DNA of 64,000 nucleotides from Candidatus Binatia bacterium (GTDB lineage: Bacteria > Desulfobacterota > Binatia > HRBIN30): the NCBI GenBank assembly GCA_046327925.1, contig JAXLXM010000001.1, positions 555,316-619,315 on the forward strand, in the 5' to 3' direction. The notes beneath the pieces are model-generated. The model searched no databases, was not told where the DNA came from, and was given only the letters and a program-made list of their open reading frames with translations. Positions 1-9,861 of this stretch are shown in pieces (position 1 is the first letter of the stretch; every line of letters begins with the position of its first letter). Position numbers and translations under genes: made by a program.

Positions 1-87
1 GTTCATTCGATGTCCTCCTCTAATCATCCTTGTCACCGCTTGAGTTGAGCTTCCTTGCCTATTGCGCCGTAACGATACCGCGCTCAG

Positions 88-2994
88 TTACTGGCAGCCA
101 CTGCCGTAGTTGATCGTAACCGCGGTCACCTCATTACTCCGCACGATCGTGTCCCCGTTGATGTCGTCGGCTGGACAGGCGCTCAGAGGCGTCAACCCGG
201 TGTAGATTCGCACCAACGCCGTGATCTCGTTGCTGCGCACGATGCCGTCAAGGTTGCAGTCGCCACCGCACTCACACACGCTGGAGCCGTTCTCTTCGAT
301 ACAGGCCTCGCGTCTTCCGAGGCATTCCGTCGGACCGGCCATCGGCCCCGAGCACGGGCGGATCCCCTTGCACACACCAGCGCGGCAGTGGGTGCCGTCC
401 GGACACTCGCTATCCTGCGCACAGGGCGGCGGTTCGGTCACGGTGATCGATCCCGACGTGGATGCGGCGATGTATTCGACCCCGCGCGGATCGCCAATGT
501 TCAGCCGAGCCGCATCCAGCGGCGACACCGTTCCGGGCGTCGCCAGCGGATTGATGCGGAACTGACAAATCACCAGCGAACCTTCCGTGAACGCCGGCAA
601 CGGGTACGGCTCGTTGTCACGGCAGATGTTGAGATCGGCCACGAACAAGCGCACCCGAGCCAAGCCCGGTGCGCTGGGCGGCGTTTGCGGCAAGAAGGCA
701 AACGCCACATCGGTCGCGGCGACGCGGGGATCGACCGTGCATGCGGTCGATGCGTCGGCTGGCACTTCCAAGACGTTCGTGTCAAGCAACAGATCCAATT
801 GCGCGGTGGCCACGTCGCCGCCGCCGCTGAGACCCACACCGATTGTCACCACAGTCCCCGGCGCCCCACTAGCGGAACCGATGTCCAAGCTCCGCGTTTC
901 CGCCGCCGCCTGACCCGTGACCAGCGGCTGGCCTTCGCCCGGACAGCCGAGTCCGAGATTGGTAACGGCGGTGCAGACCTCGCTCCCCTTGATGGTGCCG
1001 TCACCGTTGAAATCGCCGGCGGCGCACTGCGACAGCGGACAATTGCCGCTCAGCACGCAGACCATCTGGGTCACTTCGTTGCCCAGTACCAAACCGTCCA
1101 GGTTGCAGTCGCCGCCACACTCGCACGTGTGCTGAACGCACGCCTCGCGGTCACCACGGCACTCCTTGCGATCGACGTTCGGATCGATATCGTCACACTC
1201 GCGCACCGGCACACAGACGCCGGCCCGACAATGCGTGCCCGGCTCGGCGCACTGCTCGTCCGTCGTGCAGGTGGGGAGCGGTGTCGGGGTCACCGTTGCC
1301 GTCGGCGTCACTTTCGGCTGGCAGTAGCCATTGACGCAGTTGTCCGTGGACGGACAGTCCTCAGGCGTCGTACACGGTGTGAGCGGCGTCGGGGTCGGCG
1401 CCGGCTTGCAGTACTTCCCAACCGGGTCGCACACCTGCCCGCGCGGGCAATCCGTATCGACGAAGCACGAAATCGTCGGCGTCGGCGTTGGCGTCGGCGT
1501 CACCGTAGGTGTCGGGGTGGGCGTTCCGGTCCGGGTCGGCGTCGCACTCGCCGTCGGCGTCGGCGTCGGCGCCGTACAGAACCCCGCGACGCAGGAAAAG
1601 CCGACCGGACAGGTGCTCGCCGCCGCACAGACGAACGGATTGGACGTGGCGAACACATCCGCCTGTTCGTTCAGGTCGTTCGGCACGTACTGGGAGACGA
1701 AGGACGCGAACGCAATGGTCTTGACATCCGCACTGATCGCGGCGGGGGCATCGGGAAGGCCGGCGCTTGGCTGAAAACCGTTAGCCAAGAGATCCGCCAG
1801 CATGGTGAAGCGGTTCTCGCGGTCACGAACGAACAGGTCCGCGGCCGCGTTGGTGTCGTGCGACACCAGATTCGTGGCCTCGGACCCAAAGACCACGAAG
1901 CGTCCATCGCGACTGACAACCGGCGCGTACGACTCGCCATTGGAGTCCGTGCCGGTCACGCTGATGCTAATCCGTTCCGTGGTCCCCGCATTCCGGTCGC
2001 GTACAAAAACATCGACATTGCCGTTCCCGTCCCCGGACACCAGGTTATTCGCATTAGACTTGAATGCGACGATCGAGCCATCGCCGTTGATCATCGGCAC
2101 GATGCTATCGGCATTTCCCGGCTCCCCGGCAGCATTGACGCTGACCAGTTCGATGCTGCTCGCGGTGCGATTACAAACGTATACATTTCTTCGGCCCTTG
2201 GTGTCGCTGAGCACCAGGTTCGTGGCGCTGGAAACGAAGGCGACGTAATTCCCGTCCGCGCTGATGCTCGGCGCGGTGCTGTCCGCGTTCGGCTCCACGT
2301 TGCACAGCCGTTCCGTAACCCCGGTCTGCAGATCGCGGACGAAAATGTCGGTCCTGTTATTGGTGTCTCCGAGTATCAGGTCGGAGGCCGCGGACTGAAA
2401 GGCGACGAAGTGTCCATCGGCACTGACGCTGGGGAAGCGGCTGGCACCGTTCCCGGACGTTCCGCTCGGGTTGGCGCTGACCAGTGCGGTCGTTCCCGCC
2501 CCGCGATCGCGTACGAACACATCCGCAGCCCCGTTACCGTCCCCCGTCACCAGATTGCTGGCATTGGAATAGAAGGTGACGATCATGCCGTCGTCGCTGA
2601 TGCCCGGCGCCCCGCCATTCGAGTGGCTCGTCCCATTGGCCTGCTCGCCGGCGCTGGAGACGCTGACGCGCTCGGTGTGCTGCGCGTTGCGGTCACGCAC
2701 AAATATATCGCGCACCTGGTTGGTATCCCCGCTCACCAGATTGTTGGCATCGGAATAGAAGGCCACCACGCTTCCATCGGCGTTCAGTGCGGCCCCACCG
2801 CTGGGAAGGTTACCCGACACGCCATTGATGTTGATGCTGACCAGGTCGACAGCCGAGACCGGCAGTGCCATCGCGATCGAGTACGCGCTGGCCGCCCAGA
2901 GCAACAGCCGCAGGTGGCACAGACGACGGCGGGAGATGGAGCGTGGACTCGGCGCGAGAATCGATTCAACCCGGTGCGAAGATCTTGTTCCCAT
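88..2994 (-). CDS. Secreted multidomain protein: signal peptide, about 7 PD40/TolB-like beta-propeller repeats, Pro/Thr linker, Cys-rich modules, and a cohesin-like domain flanked by two dockerin-like modules
   Basis: Start chosen at the ATG at 2994 (M8 of ORF 88..3015), preceded by GAGGAG with a 6-nt spacer. It is followed by a hydrophobic signal-like segment (LLLWAASAYSIAMALPVSA). Repeats of the form S..G..GNG.S..P.ISADG..VAF.S.A.NLV.GDTN...DVFVRDR..GTTE occur about 7 times. A PTPTPT linker follows. GDCNLDG.V..NE(V/I)T motifs occur twice, around a segment resembling cohesin (GTVVTIGVGLSGGGDVATAQLDLLLDTNVLEV). Confidence 0.75.
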   Translation of the reverse strand: MGTRSSHRVESILAPSPRSISRRRLCHLRLLLWAASAYSIAMALPVSAVDLVSININGVSGNLPSGGAALNADGSVVAFYSDANNLVSGDTNQVRDIFVRDRNAQHTERVSVSSAGEQANGTSHSNGGAPGISDDGMIVTFYSNASNLVTGDGNGAADVFVRDRGAGTTALVSANPSGTSGNGASRFPSVSADGHFVAFQSAASDLILGDTNNRTDIFVRDLQTGVTERLCNVEPNADSTAPSISADGNYVAFVSSATNLVLSDTKGRRNVYVCNRTASSIELVSVNAAGEPGNADSIVPMINGDGSIVAFKSNANNLVSGDGNGNVDVFVRDRNAGTTERISISVTGTDSNGESYAPVVSRDGRFVVFGSEATNLVSHDTNAAADLFVRDRENRFTMLADLLANGFQPSAGLPDAPAAISADVKTIAFASFVSQYVPNDLNEQADVFATSNPFVCAAASTCPVGFSCVAGFCTAPTPTPTASATPTRTGTPTPTPTVTPTPTPTPTISCFVDTDCPRGQVCDPVGKYCKPAPTPTPLTPCTTPEDCPSTDNCVNGYCQPKVTPTATVTPTPLPTCTTDEQCAEPGTHCRAGVCVPVRECDDIDPNVDRKECRGDREACVQHTCECGGDCNLDGLVLGNEVTQMVCVLSGNCPLSQCAAGDFNGDGTIKGSEVCTAVTNLGLGCPGEGQPLVTGQAAAETRSLDIGSASGAPGTVVTIGVGLSGGGDVATAQLDLLLDTNVLEVPADASTACTVDPRVAATDVAFAFLPQTPPSAPGLARVRLFVADLNICRDNEPYPLPAFTEGSLVICQFRINPLATPGTVSPLDAARLNIGDPRGVEYIAASTSGSITVTEPPPCAQDSECPDGTHCRAGVCKGIRPCSGPMAGPTECLGRREACIEENGSSVCECGGDCNLDGIVRSNEITALVRIYTGLTPLSACPADDINGDTIVRSNEVTAVTINYGSGCQ

Positions 2995-3345
2995 GCTTCT
3001 CTCCTCAGACTGCACTACCAGTAGACACCAGCATGCTCACCGCCAGCCCCCGCGTCGAAGGCATAACGCTTGCCTGACATACCGGCAAAGGTAGCTCTGC
3101 CCTTCGTGGCTCAATTGCCGTATCGCACGCGCTGCCAAGGCGGGGGCTAACACCCAGGCCCGTCCGGCGGCTTCCGTCGACAATGTCCCCACCTTGCATC
3201 GAATCCCCTCCGCTTCTCCGTCAAAAGCCAAGCGACAGTGGTGTTTATGACTGCCATTACCAAGGGGAAAAGTCAATGCAATATCCGACGTTCAGCGAAT
3301 CGGGCGCCGTGACGGCTCCGGGGGTAGCCGGCAGCCGGTCGAACG

Positions 3346-5913
3346 TCAGCCAATGAGTCGACCGATTTCCTCCGGCAGGCGCAAGAACTGGAACCCCGCC
3401 CTCCGCAGCCAGTGGCCCCCCGCGGCCACAAAGAAATCTTCCTCATTTGTTATGCTCGCCTCGTCCAGCAGGACTAATATTGGCAGATCGCGAGTCGACT
3501 CGTTCGCGCGCAGGCCGGCAATTGCACTGGCGGCCGAGGGACAGGTTGGAGCGAGGTGAACGACGGCGGCATCGGGTTCTACCATTGAAGCGAACTCCAG
3601 CGCCTGTTTGGCATCCAGTACGATGGAGGTTGAAATCTTGGCGCGACCGAGCGGCACACGCAACGCGCCCATGCCCTCGACATCGGCGCTGACCATCAAG
3701 AGTCGTTGCAACTTGGGCCGCAGGCGGCCGAGCCGCTCGATCAGGCGGCCGGATTCCAGCGGCCACAAGGCGAAGTCGACCCTGCCCAGGCAGAAACCGG
3801 TCGGGCACTGGCCGTTCATCGCGTAGGCGAGGACGGGCACATTGCGGGTAGCGGTCCGCTCGCGCAGCAGGCGGAGCGTACGCCAGGCCGGGCCACCCGC
3901 CCCCAGGTTGAGCATGACGCACTTCAGCTTGCGTCGGGCGAGTTCGTCCACCGTCGCCTCCGCTAGCGGCAGGGCCGACACCTCGAAACCCGCCGCCGCA
4001 AGCGCGGCGCAGGCTTGGTTTGCCAATACCTCGTCGTCAAGAACCACCAACTCGCCAAGCGAGCCGGCTGGCGAAGGGGCCACCGCCGGCGGCAGCGATT
4101 CGATCGCCTCGGGGACGACATCCGCGAGGGAGGCAAGGGGTGCGGAGCGCTCGATGGTCAGCACATCGTCGACCGGCGCCGCGTCGCTGGGCTGCGACGG
4201 GGGCCGTTCCCCAGGTGGTTCGGCTCCGACATCGAGCGCGCCCTCGGGCGCCACCTCCTGCAGCAATGCGTCGAGTTCCGCGGCGCGCTCCCGGCGCTCC
4301 TGGTCGAGCCGCCGGCCCGCTTCGCGAACGGCGTCGCGCAGTTCCCGAATTTCCGCCGCGGCGGCGGCGGCCTCCGCGTCCGCCGCCAGCTGAGCCCGCT
4401 GCAACCGCTCGCAATCTCCCGTCATGGTCTCCAGGGTCGCATCGCGCTGGTGCAGTTGTTCGCGCAGGGCGTCGCCCTCGGCCCGCGCCGCGGTCACCTG
4501 CTGTTGCAACCCGGCGACCGTGCCCTCCAGGTCGGCACCGGCGCCGCGGAGGTCGGCAACCGATTGCGCCAGGGCGTCGCGTTCGGCCGCAATCACGCGG
4601 AAGGGCTCCAACTGCGCGTGCAGCGCTGCGATCTCGTCCGCAAGCCGCTGCCGCTGCGCGGCTTCAAGCGCCTCCTGGGACTGCCAGCGTTCCCGCTCCT
4701 CTGCAAACGCCTCGCTTGCCTGTGCGTACCGCGCACGCAGCTGGTCCTGCTCGGCCTGCGCCGCCCGGAGTTGCACCGCCAACGCCTCGCGCGCCGCGTC
4801 GAGCGCCGACAGCTGGCCCCCCGTCTCCGCGGCGCTGGACTCCAGGGCGTCCAGGCGCTCACGCAGAGTGTCGCGCTCGCCGCGCAGGGCCTGCAGGGCT
4901 TCATCCGCCGCGCGCCGTTGCGCGTCGGCAAGCCGCTGTGTCCGCTGCCGCTCCGACTCCACCGCGAGCAGGCGGTCTTCCAGGGTCGCGAGCTGGCCGC
5001 GCAGTTCGGTCGTGTCGCGCGCCCGCAGCGCCTCGATCTCCGCAACCTGCTGGCGGAGGCGGTCGCGCTCGGCGCGGACGGCACGGCTGGCATGCAGGAG
5101 ATTGCGCAGCGCCTCGTTGGAGCGCTGCGCGTCCGGCGGCGTTCGGCCGGGATCCAGCTCCATGGACGGCACTGCGGGGCTTCGGGCGTCCGCGATCCCG
5201 CGGTCAACCACGCTTGTGGGCGTGCCGTCTCCCACCTGCAGATGGGAAGTTCCGGTGAGGGTGGTTGCGCCGCCCATCGCGCCGGGGTCGGGCAGCCCCA
5301 CCGCCGGCTGCGCAGCCTCGGACCACGCATCCGCATGCGTGGGCTCCAGGACGTGCGCCGGGGCGGGTTCGCGCTCGCGTAGGCCACGGCCACAGACGCG
5401 CAGCGCCTGACTCAGGACCTGCAGTTGAGCGTCCGTGAACGCACGGCTGCGCGCCGCAAAGAGCACGACGGCGCCGACCGGCGCGGCATCGTAATAGACC
5501 GGCAACGACACCACGCACAAGCCCTCAGCACCCAAGCACCTTAGGCTCTCCGGGACGAGCGGATTCTGATGCGCGGCCTCGACCACGCTGATGCGCCGGC
5601 CTTTGAGGCCGCGCACGGGGATCTCCCACGCCGTATCGACCGCCCCACCCAACGTCAGACGGGCGTCGCTGGACAGTCCACAATCCGCCAATAATACCAG
5701 GCGGTCGCGGTGCCGTTCGTACGCCAGTACCGCAACCGCCTTTGCCTGCGCTGTTTCCGCGAGCAGCTTGGCGACCTCCGTGGCGAAGCTGCGCCGAGAC
5801 CACCTGCGCCCAAGCAGGCCGAGGAAGCGGTTGCCGAGCCCGCCCAGCTCCAGCCGGGCAATCCGCGGCGAACTCTCGCTCGCCCGAATATGTGGCGTCG
5901 GCTGCGCTAGCAT
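3346..5913 (-). CDS. GAF domain / long coiled-coil / two receiver-like domains signalling protein
   Basis: 855-aa ORF. The N-terminus looks GAF-like (AVAVLAYERHRDRLVLLADCGL...VVSLPVYYDAAPVGAVVLFAA). About 300 aa are Ala/Glu/Arg/Leu-rich with heptad character. The C-terminus has two CheY-like alpha/beta units (ELVVLDDE..., RLLMVSADVE...). Confidence 0.6.
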   Translation of the reverse strand: MLAQPTPHIRASESSPRIARLELGGLGNRFLGLLGRRWSRRSFATEVAKLLAETAQAKAVAVLAYERHRDRLVLLADCGLSSDARLTLGGAVDTAWEIPVRGLKGRRISVVEAAHQNPLVPESLRCLGAEGLCVVSLPVYYDAAPVGAVVLFAARSRAFTDAQLQVLSQALRVCGRGLREREPAPAHVLEPTHADAWSEAAQPAVGLPDPGAMGGATTLTGTSHLQVGDGTPTSVVDRGIADARSPAVPSMELDPGRTPPDAQRSNEALRNLLHASRAVRAERDRLRQQVAEIEALRARDTTELRGQLATLEDRLLAVESERQRTQRLADAQRRAADEALQALRGERDTLRERLDALESSAAETGGQLSALDAAREALAVQLRAAQAEQDQLRARYAQASEAFAEERERWQSQEALEAAQRQRLADEIAALHAQLEPFRVIAAERDALAQSVADLRGAGADLEGTVAGLQQQVTAARAEGDALREQLHQRDATLETMTGDCERLQRAQLAADAEAAAAAAEIRELRDAVREAGRRLDQERRERAAELDALLQEVAPEGALDVGAEPPGERPPSQPSDAAPVDDVLTIERSAPLASLADVVPEAIESLPPAVAPSPAGSLGELVVLDDEVLANQACAALAAAGFEVSALPLAEATVDELARRKLKCVMLNLGAGGPAWRTLRLLRERTATRNVPVLAYAMNGQCPTGFCLGRVDFALWPLESGRLIERLGRLRPKLQRLLMVSADVEGMGALRVPLGRAKISTSIVLDAKQALEFASMVEPDAAVVHLAPTCPSAASAIAGLRANESTRDLPILVLLDEASITNEEDFFVAAGGHWLRRAGFQFLRLPEEIGRLIG

Positions 5914-6294
5914 CTGTAGCTCCCCTCAGTCCGACCGATCTGCGCCGTTCACGTGTTCGCGCCTCGCCCCGGAGTAGTCTCGTATGCCGGAAGCAAGAGC
6001 AGCAAGACACGCACCAGCCATGCGCTCTCAACAAGCTCTCCAAGACCATCCCATACCGCTGCGCCGCGCCCCGACACCCAGCGCATGGCGAACTTCACGC
6101 GGATATCCCTGGAATGACGCCACCCTGGAGTATCCGCGCGCGGCAGTTCGCGAGCACCAACCGGTCACCGCATACGCCGATCGCGCACTGTCGGAAAGAT
6201 GACGAAGATGCGGCGAACGCCAGATTCTTGACGGCGCTACACTGACAACGAACCTCTCGCGGCGGCCGAACGTGCGGCCCGCCGACTGCCGGCG

Positions 6295-7218
6295 CTAGCG
6301 GGTCTCCCCAGCGTAGATCTGCATGACCGTACCGAGGAACCTCAGGGCGTCATCTCGCGGCCGTTGGAAGGAGTTGCGCCCGATGATCGAGCCAAAGCCT
6401 CCACCGTCACGAATAGCGCGCACCTCGTCGAGGAGCGCGTTGGTCTCCTTCGCTTCGCCGCCGGAGAAAATCACCACGCGCCGGCCGTTGAACGCACTCT
6501 GTACGACATGGCGCACGCGCTCGGCGAGCGTGCCGATCGGGATGCGCTCCTGCTCGTAGACTTTCTTCGCCGCGCTCTGTTCGATGTGCGCCGTGGGTGG
6601 TTTCACCTTGATAAAGTGCGCGCCCAATTGCGCCGCGATCTGGGCTGCATAGGCCACCACATCGATGGCGGTCTCCCCCTCTTTCGACAGTCCTCCACCG
6701 CGCGGATACGACCAGACCACCACCGCGAGTCCTTTGCGCTTGGCTTCTTCCGTCAGGCTGCGGATCTGGCCGTACATTTCATTGCGCGCTGCCGACCCAG
6801 GGTAGACGGTAAAACCGATGGCGGCGCAACCCAGGCGCAGGGCTTCGTCGACGCTACCGGTGAGCGCCGGGCACGGATCCCCGCCGCCGACCAGGCTGTC
6901 GGAATTGTTCAGCTTCAGGATCAGCGGAATGTCGCCGGCAAACTCGGCGACGCCGGCTTCCAGAAACCCTAAGGGTGCGGCGTAGGCGTTGCATCCCGCG
7001 GCGATCGCCAATTCGAAATGGTAGCGGGGATCGTACCCCGACGGGTTGGGCGCAAAGCTGCGCGCCGGCCCATGTTCGAAACCCTGATCCACCGGCAGAA
7101 TCACCAGCCGGCCCGTGCCACCCAGTCGGCCATGGTTCAACAAGCGGGCAATGTTCGCCTTGGTTCCAGGCGTGTCGCTGCCGTACCAACTCAAGATTTC
7201 ACGGACTCTTTCCGTCAT
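6295..7218 (-). CDS. fbaB: Class I fructose-bisphosphate aldolase (FbaB/DhnA family)
   Basis: GRLGGTGRLVILPVDQGFEHGPARSFAPNP...ELAIAAGCNAYAAP closely matches my recollection of the E. coli FbaB signature ([20 protein letters not shown]...). The Schiff-base-type IKVK segment is present. Length is 307 aa. Confidence 0.85.
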   Translation of the reverse strand: MTERVREILSWYGSDTPGTKANIARLLNHGRLGGTGRLVILPVDQGFEHGPARSFAPNPSGYDPRYHFELAIAAGCNAYAAPLGFLEAGVAEFAGDIPLILKLNNSDSLVGGGDPCPALTGSVDEALRLGCAAIGFTVYPGSAARNEMYGQIRSLTEEAKRKGLAVVVWSYPRGGGLSKEGETAIDVVAYAAQIAAQLGAHFIKVKPPTAHIEQSAAKKVYEQERIPIGTLAERVRHVVQSAFNGRRVVIFSGGEAKETNALLDEVRAIRDGGGFGSIIGRNSFQRPRDDALRFLGTVMQIYAGETR

Positions 7219-8224
7219 CGGTTGTCTCCTTTTCGGTTAACCGCGCCGCGCACCATGCCGCGCCCTGCAACGCGGTCGTCTCTCTTAATACAACTCGGAC
7301 CGGCATCGCGTCCATAAGCGCCGTCATCCGCCCTTTGTCGCGGAACGCCGCCATGAACGTTCCGTCCGCCAACTTGGTGCGTATCTTCGGCGCAATCCCG
7401 CCGCCCACATAGACGCCACCGGTGGCCATGAATTTCAGCCCGAGATTGCCGGCCTCGGCCCCATAGATGGCCGTGAACGTGTGCAACGCCTGCACGCACA
7501 GGGCGGAGTCCCCCTGCAGCGCGGCCTGCGAAATCACCGCCGCCGGATCCTGTTCGCGCAAGCGCGCCGCCAACCATGGCGGTTCATGAGCGTCCCCCTG
7601 CTCGCGCAAGAACTCGTAAATGGTGACCAGCCCGGCACCGGAGAGCAGACGTTCGTAACTCGCGTGCCCGTACCGTTTCCAGAGAAACGACAGCAGCGCA
7701 CATTCCAGCGCGTTGCGCGGGGCGAAATCCGCGTGGCCACCCTCCGACGGCGCGGCCCGGTACTCGACACCGTCCCAGAACAGTCCGCCTTCCCCCAGGC
7801 CCGTCCCCGCGGCAATCACGGCGACGTTTCCGCGAACGGTCGCACCGGGGTTTAACAGCAATATATCCGCCGGCTCCAACGTAAGCACCCCATACGCCGT
7901 GGCTTCCAAGTCGTTGATCAGTCGGACGCGCGCGATGCCGAGCGCGGTACTTAATTGCCCCTCGTCGATGAGCCACGGCAGGTTGGTGGTCTGTACGCGT
8001 CCTTGTCGCACCGGACCGGCCACCCCAAACACCGCGGCATGGAGGCGGGGCGGGTCCGACCCCAAGAACCGGCGCACCCCGCTCACGAGATCGCCGAGTT
8101 CGTGACTCGGGTAGGACGCGCTCCGCAGGCACCGCACGGAGCCTGCGCCACAGGCAAACAGGGCCAGGTTGACTTTCGTACCGCCCACATCCGCCGCCAG
8201 AACCGTCGCGCGCGTTGGTCTCAT
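7199..8224 (-). CDS. glk: Glucokinase
   Basis: N-terminal ATP-binding motif LAADVGGTKVNLALF. Length is 341 aa. Glk-family features such as NDLEA.AYG and GGVY.GGGIAPK are present. It overlaps the start of fbaB by 20 nt, consistent with an operon. Confidence 0.8.
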   Translation of the reverse strand: MRPTRATVLAADVGGTKVNLALFACGAGSVRCLRSASYPSHELGDLVSGVRRFLGSDPPRLHAAVFGVAGPVRQGRVQTTNLPWLIDEGQLSTALGIARVRLINDLEATAYGVLTLEPADILLLNPGATVRGNVAVIAAGTGLGEGGLFWDGVEYRAAPSEGGHADFAPRNALECALLSFLWKRYGHASYERLLSGAGLVTIYEFLREQGDAHEPPWLAARLREQDPAAVISQAALQGDSALCVQALHTFTAIYGAEAGNLGLKFMATGGVYVGGGIAPKIRTKLADGTFMAAFRDKGRMTALMDAMPVRVVLRETTALQGAAWCAARLTEKETTDDGKSP

Positions 8225-8285
8225 AAAGCCGTGTCCTGTTCGCTTGCTCCCGACCGCTCACCCGCACCGACACCGACCGTGCACG

Positions 8286-9752
8286 CTACTCGGAGCGACG
8301 CAGAGCAACCAAGAAGAACTGCCCCTGACGCTGCACCAGCAAGAGCAACTGGTTCTGCGCCCCAGCGACCACTTTGCCAAAGCCGCGCACATCGCGGACG
8401 GGCTGGCGGTTCGCTTGCGTAATGACATCGCCCGCTTCCAGGCCGGCATCGCCGGCCGGGCCATCGGCAGCGACGTCGGTCACAACCACCCCTTTCGTCG
8501 AGGTCAGGGCGAGCTGCCGGGCCACCTCCGGCGAAATATTGGCGACGGCCAACCCCCAGCGTCGCGCGATCTCCGGGCCCGCCCCTGGCGCACGGCGGCC
8601 CGGCGGTTCAGCCACAGTCGCCCGCAGGGTGCGCCGGCCGCCGCGACGCAGGATCGTCAGGCTGACCGTCTTGCCAACCTTCGATTCCGCGATCAACACC
8701 GGGACCTGATGGGCTTCGTCGATGTCGGTACCATCGAAATTGACGATGATGTCGCCACGTTCCAACCCCGCCCGATCCGCCGGACTGTCCGCCGCAACCT
8801 CCGTCACCAGGGCCCCCTGTGCGCGCTTCAGGTCGAATGACCGCGCCAGCTCCGGGGTGATATCCTGTACCGTCAGCCCGAGCCAACCGCGAACGACCTT
8901 GCCGCGCGTCTTGAGCTGCTCGACCACCGTCTTGACCATGTTGATCGGTATGGCGAACCCGATCCCGATGCTGCCGCCGCTCTTGCTGAAGATCGCTGAA
9001 TTGATGCCTACCACTTGCCCCTGGGTATCGATCAACGGACCGCCGGAGTTCCCGGGGTTGATGGAGGCGTCGGTCTGGATGAAGTTGTCGTACGGCCCTT
9101 GCCCGATCACCCGACCCAGCGCGCTAACGATGCCGGCGGTGACGGTTTCCGCCAAGCCGAACGGGTTACCGATCGCCAGCACCCAGTCTCCCACTTGCAG
9201 CGTGTCGGAGTCGCCGAGCGGCGCGACGGTCAGGTCGTGAGGCGACGCGATTTTGAGCAGCGCGACGTCCGATTTCTCATCGAGCCCGACACGGCGGGCC
9301 TCGAAGTCGCGCTTATCGTTCAGCTTGACCACGATCTTGTCGGCATCCTTGACCACATGGGCGTTGGTGACGATATAGCCGTCGGCATCGATGATCACCC
9401 CCGATCCGAGGCTACGCTGCGTGAAGCTGCGCGGCGTCTCCGGAAAGAAGTGCCGGAAAAACTCGTAAAACGGGTCCTGCGGATCCAACTGCCCCCCCGG
9501 GTCGAATCCGGGCACACCCTGCGCGCGCACCGTTTGCGTGCTTGAGATATTCACCACTGCCGGCTTCACCGCACGCACGATGCCGGCAAAAGAAAACGGC
9601 GGCCCGGCGACGCCGGCAAGCCGCTCCGGCGGCGGCGCCCCTTTGCCGCCTCCGAGAAACCCGAGCGGATTCGGAAACGCCGTAGCCGGCAGCGCACACC
9701 CCACCGCACAGAGGATCAGGCACAACCAGATCGTGAGGTCTTTCGCCTTCAT
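8286..9752 (-). CDS. htrA: HtrA/DegP-family periplasmic serine protease with two PDZ domains
   Basis: Start moved to the ATG at 9752 (MKAKDLTIWLCLILCAVGC signal), because the longer ORF would overlap metH. His (TNAHVV) and Ser (GNSGGPL) triad motifs are present, followed by two PDZ-like segments. Confidence 0.85.
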   Translation of the reverse strand: MKAKDLTIWLCLILCAVGCALPATAFPNPLGFLGGGKGAPPPERLAGVAGPPFSFAGIVRAVKPAVVNISSTQTVRAQGVPGFDPGGQLDPQDPFYEFFRHFFPETPRSFTQRSLGSGVIIDADGYIVTNAHVVKDADKIVVKLNDKRDFEARRVGLDEKSDVALLKIASPHDLTVAPLGDSDTLQVGDWVLAIGNPFGLAETVTAGIVSALGRVIGQGPYDNFIQTDASINPGNSGGPLIDTQGQVVGINSAIFSKSGGSIGIGFAIPINMVKTVVEQLKTRGKVVRGWLGLTVQDITPELARSFDLKRAQGALVTEVAADSPADRAGLERGDIIVNFDGTDIDEAHQVPVLIAESKVGKTVSLTILRRGGRRTLRATVAEPPGRRAPGAGPEIARRWGLAVANISPEVARQLALTSTKGVVVTDVAADGPAGDAGLEAGDVITQANRQPVRDVRGFGKVVAGAQNQLLLLVQRQGQFFLVALRRSE

Positions 9753-9861
9753 GCTTTCGACGGTGCCGTAGCCGTGCGGAAACGTCAATCGTCGCAGCGG
9801 ATCCGTGCCCGCTCGGGCTTCGCTCGCACTTCCGTGCGACACGCCGGCAGGCGGGAACCGG

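Noticed and set aside
1-20. Minus-strand GAGGAGG + 7 nt + ATG (start codon at 6-4), suggesting a gene that begins at the extreme left edge and runs out of the window
   Set aside because: Only two codons are inside the window, so no product can be supported.
388-3024. 878-aa plus-strand ORF, very Arg-rich, antisense to the PD40/cohesin gene
   Set aside because: It is a mirror ORF of a clearly coding minus-strand gene in high-GC DNA. It has Arg/Gly/Ala-dominated low-complexity composition and no recognisable motifs. The same reasoning applies to 4015-5382, 4020-5258 and 4593-5393, which lie inside or antisense to the GAF gene.
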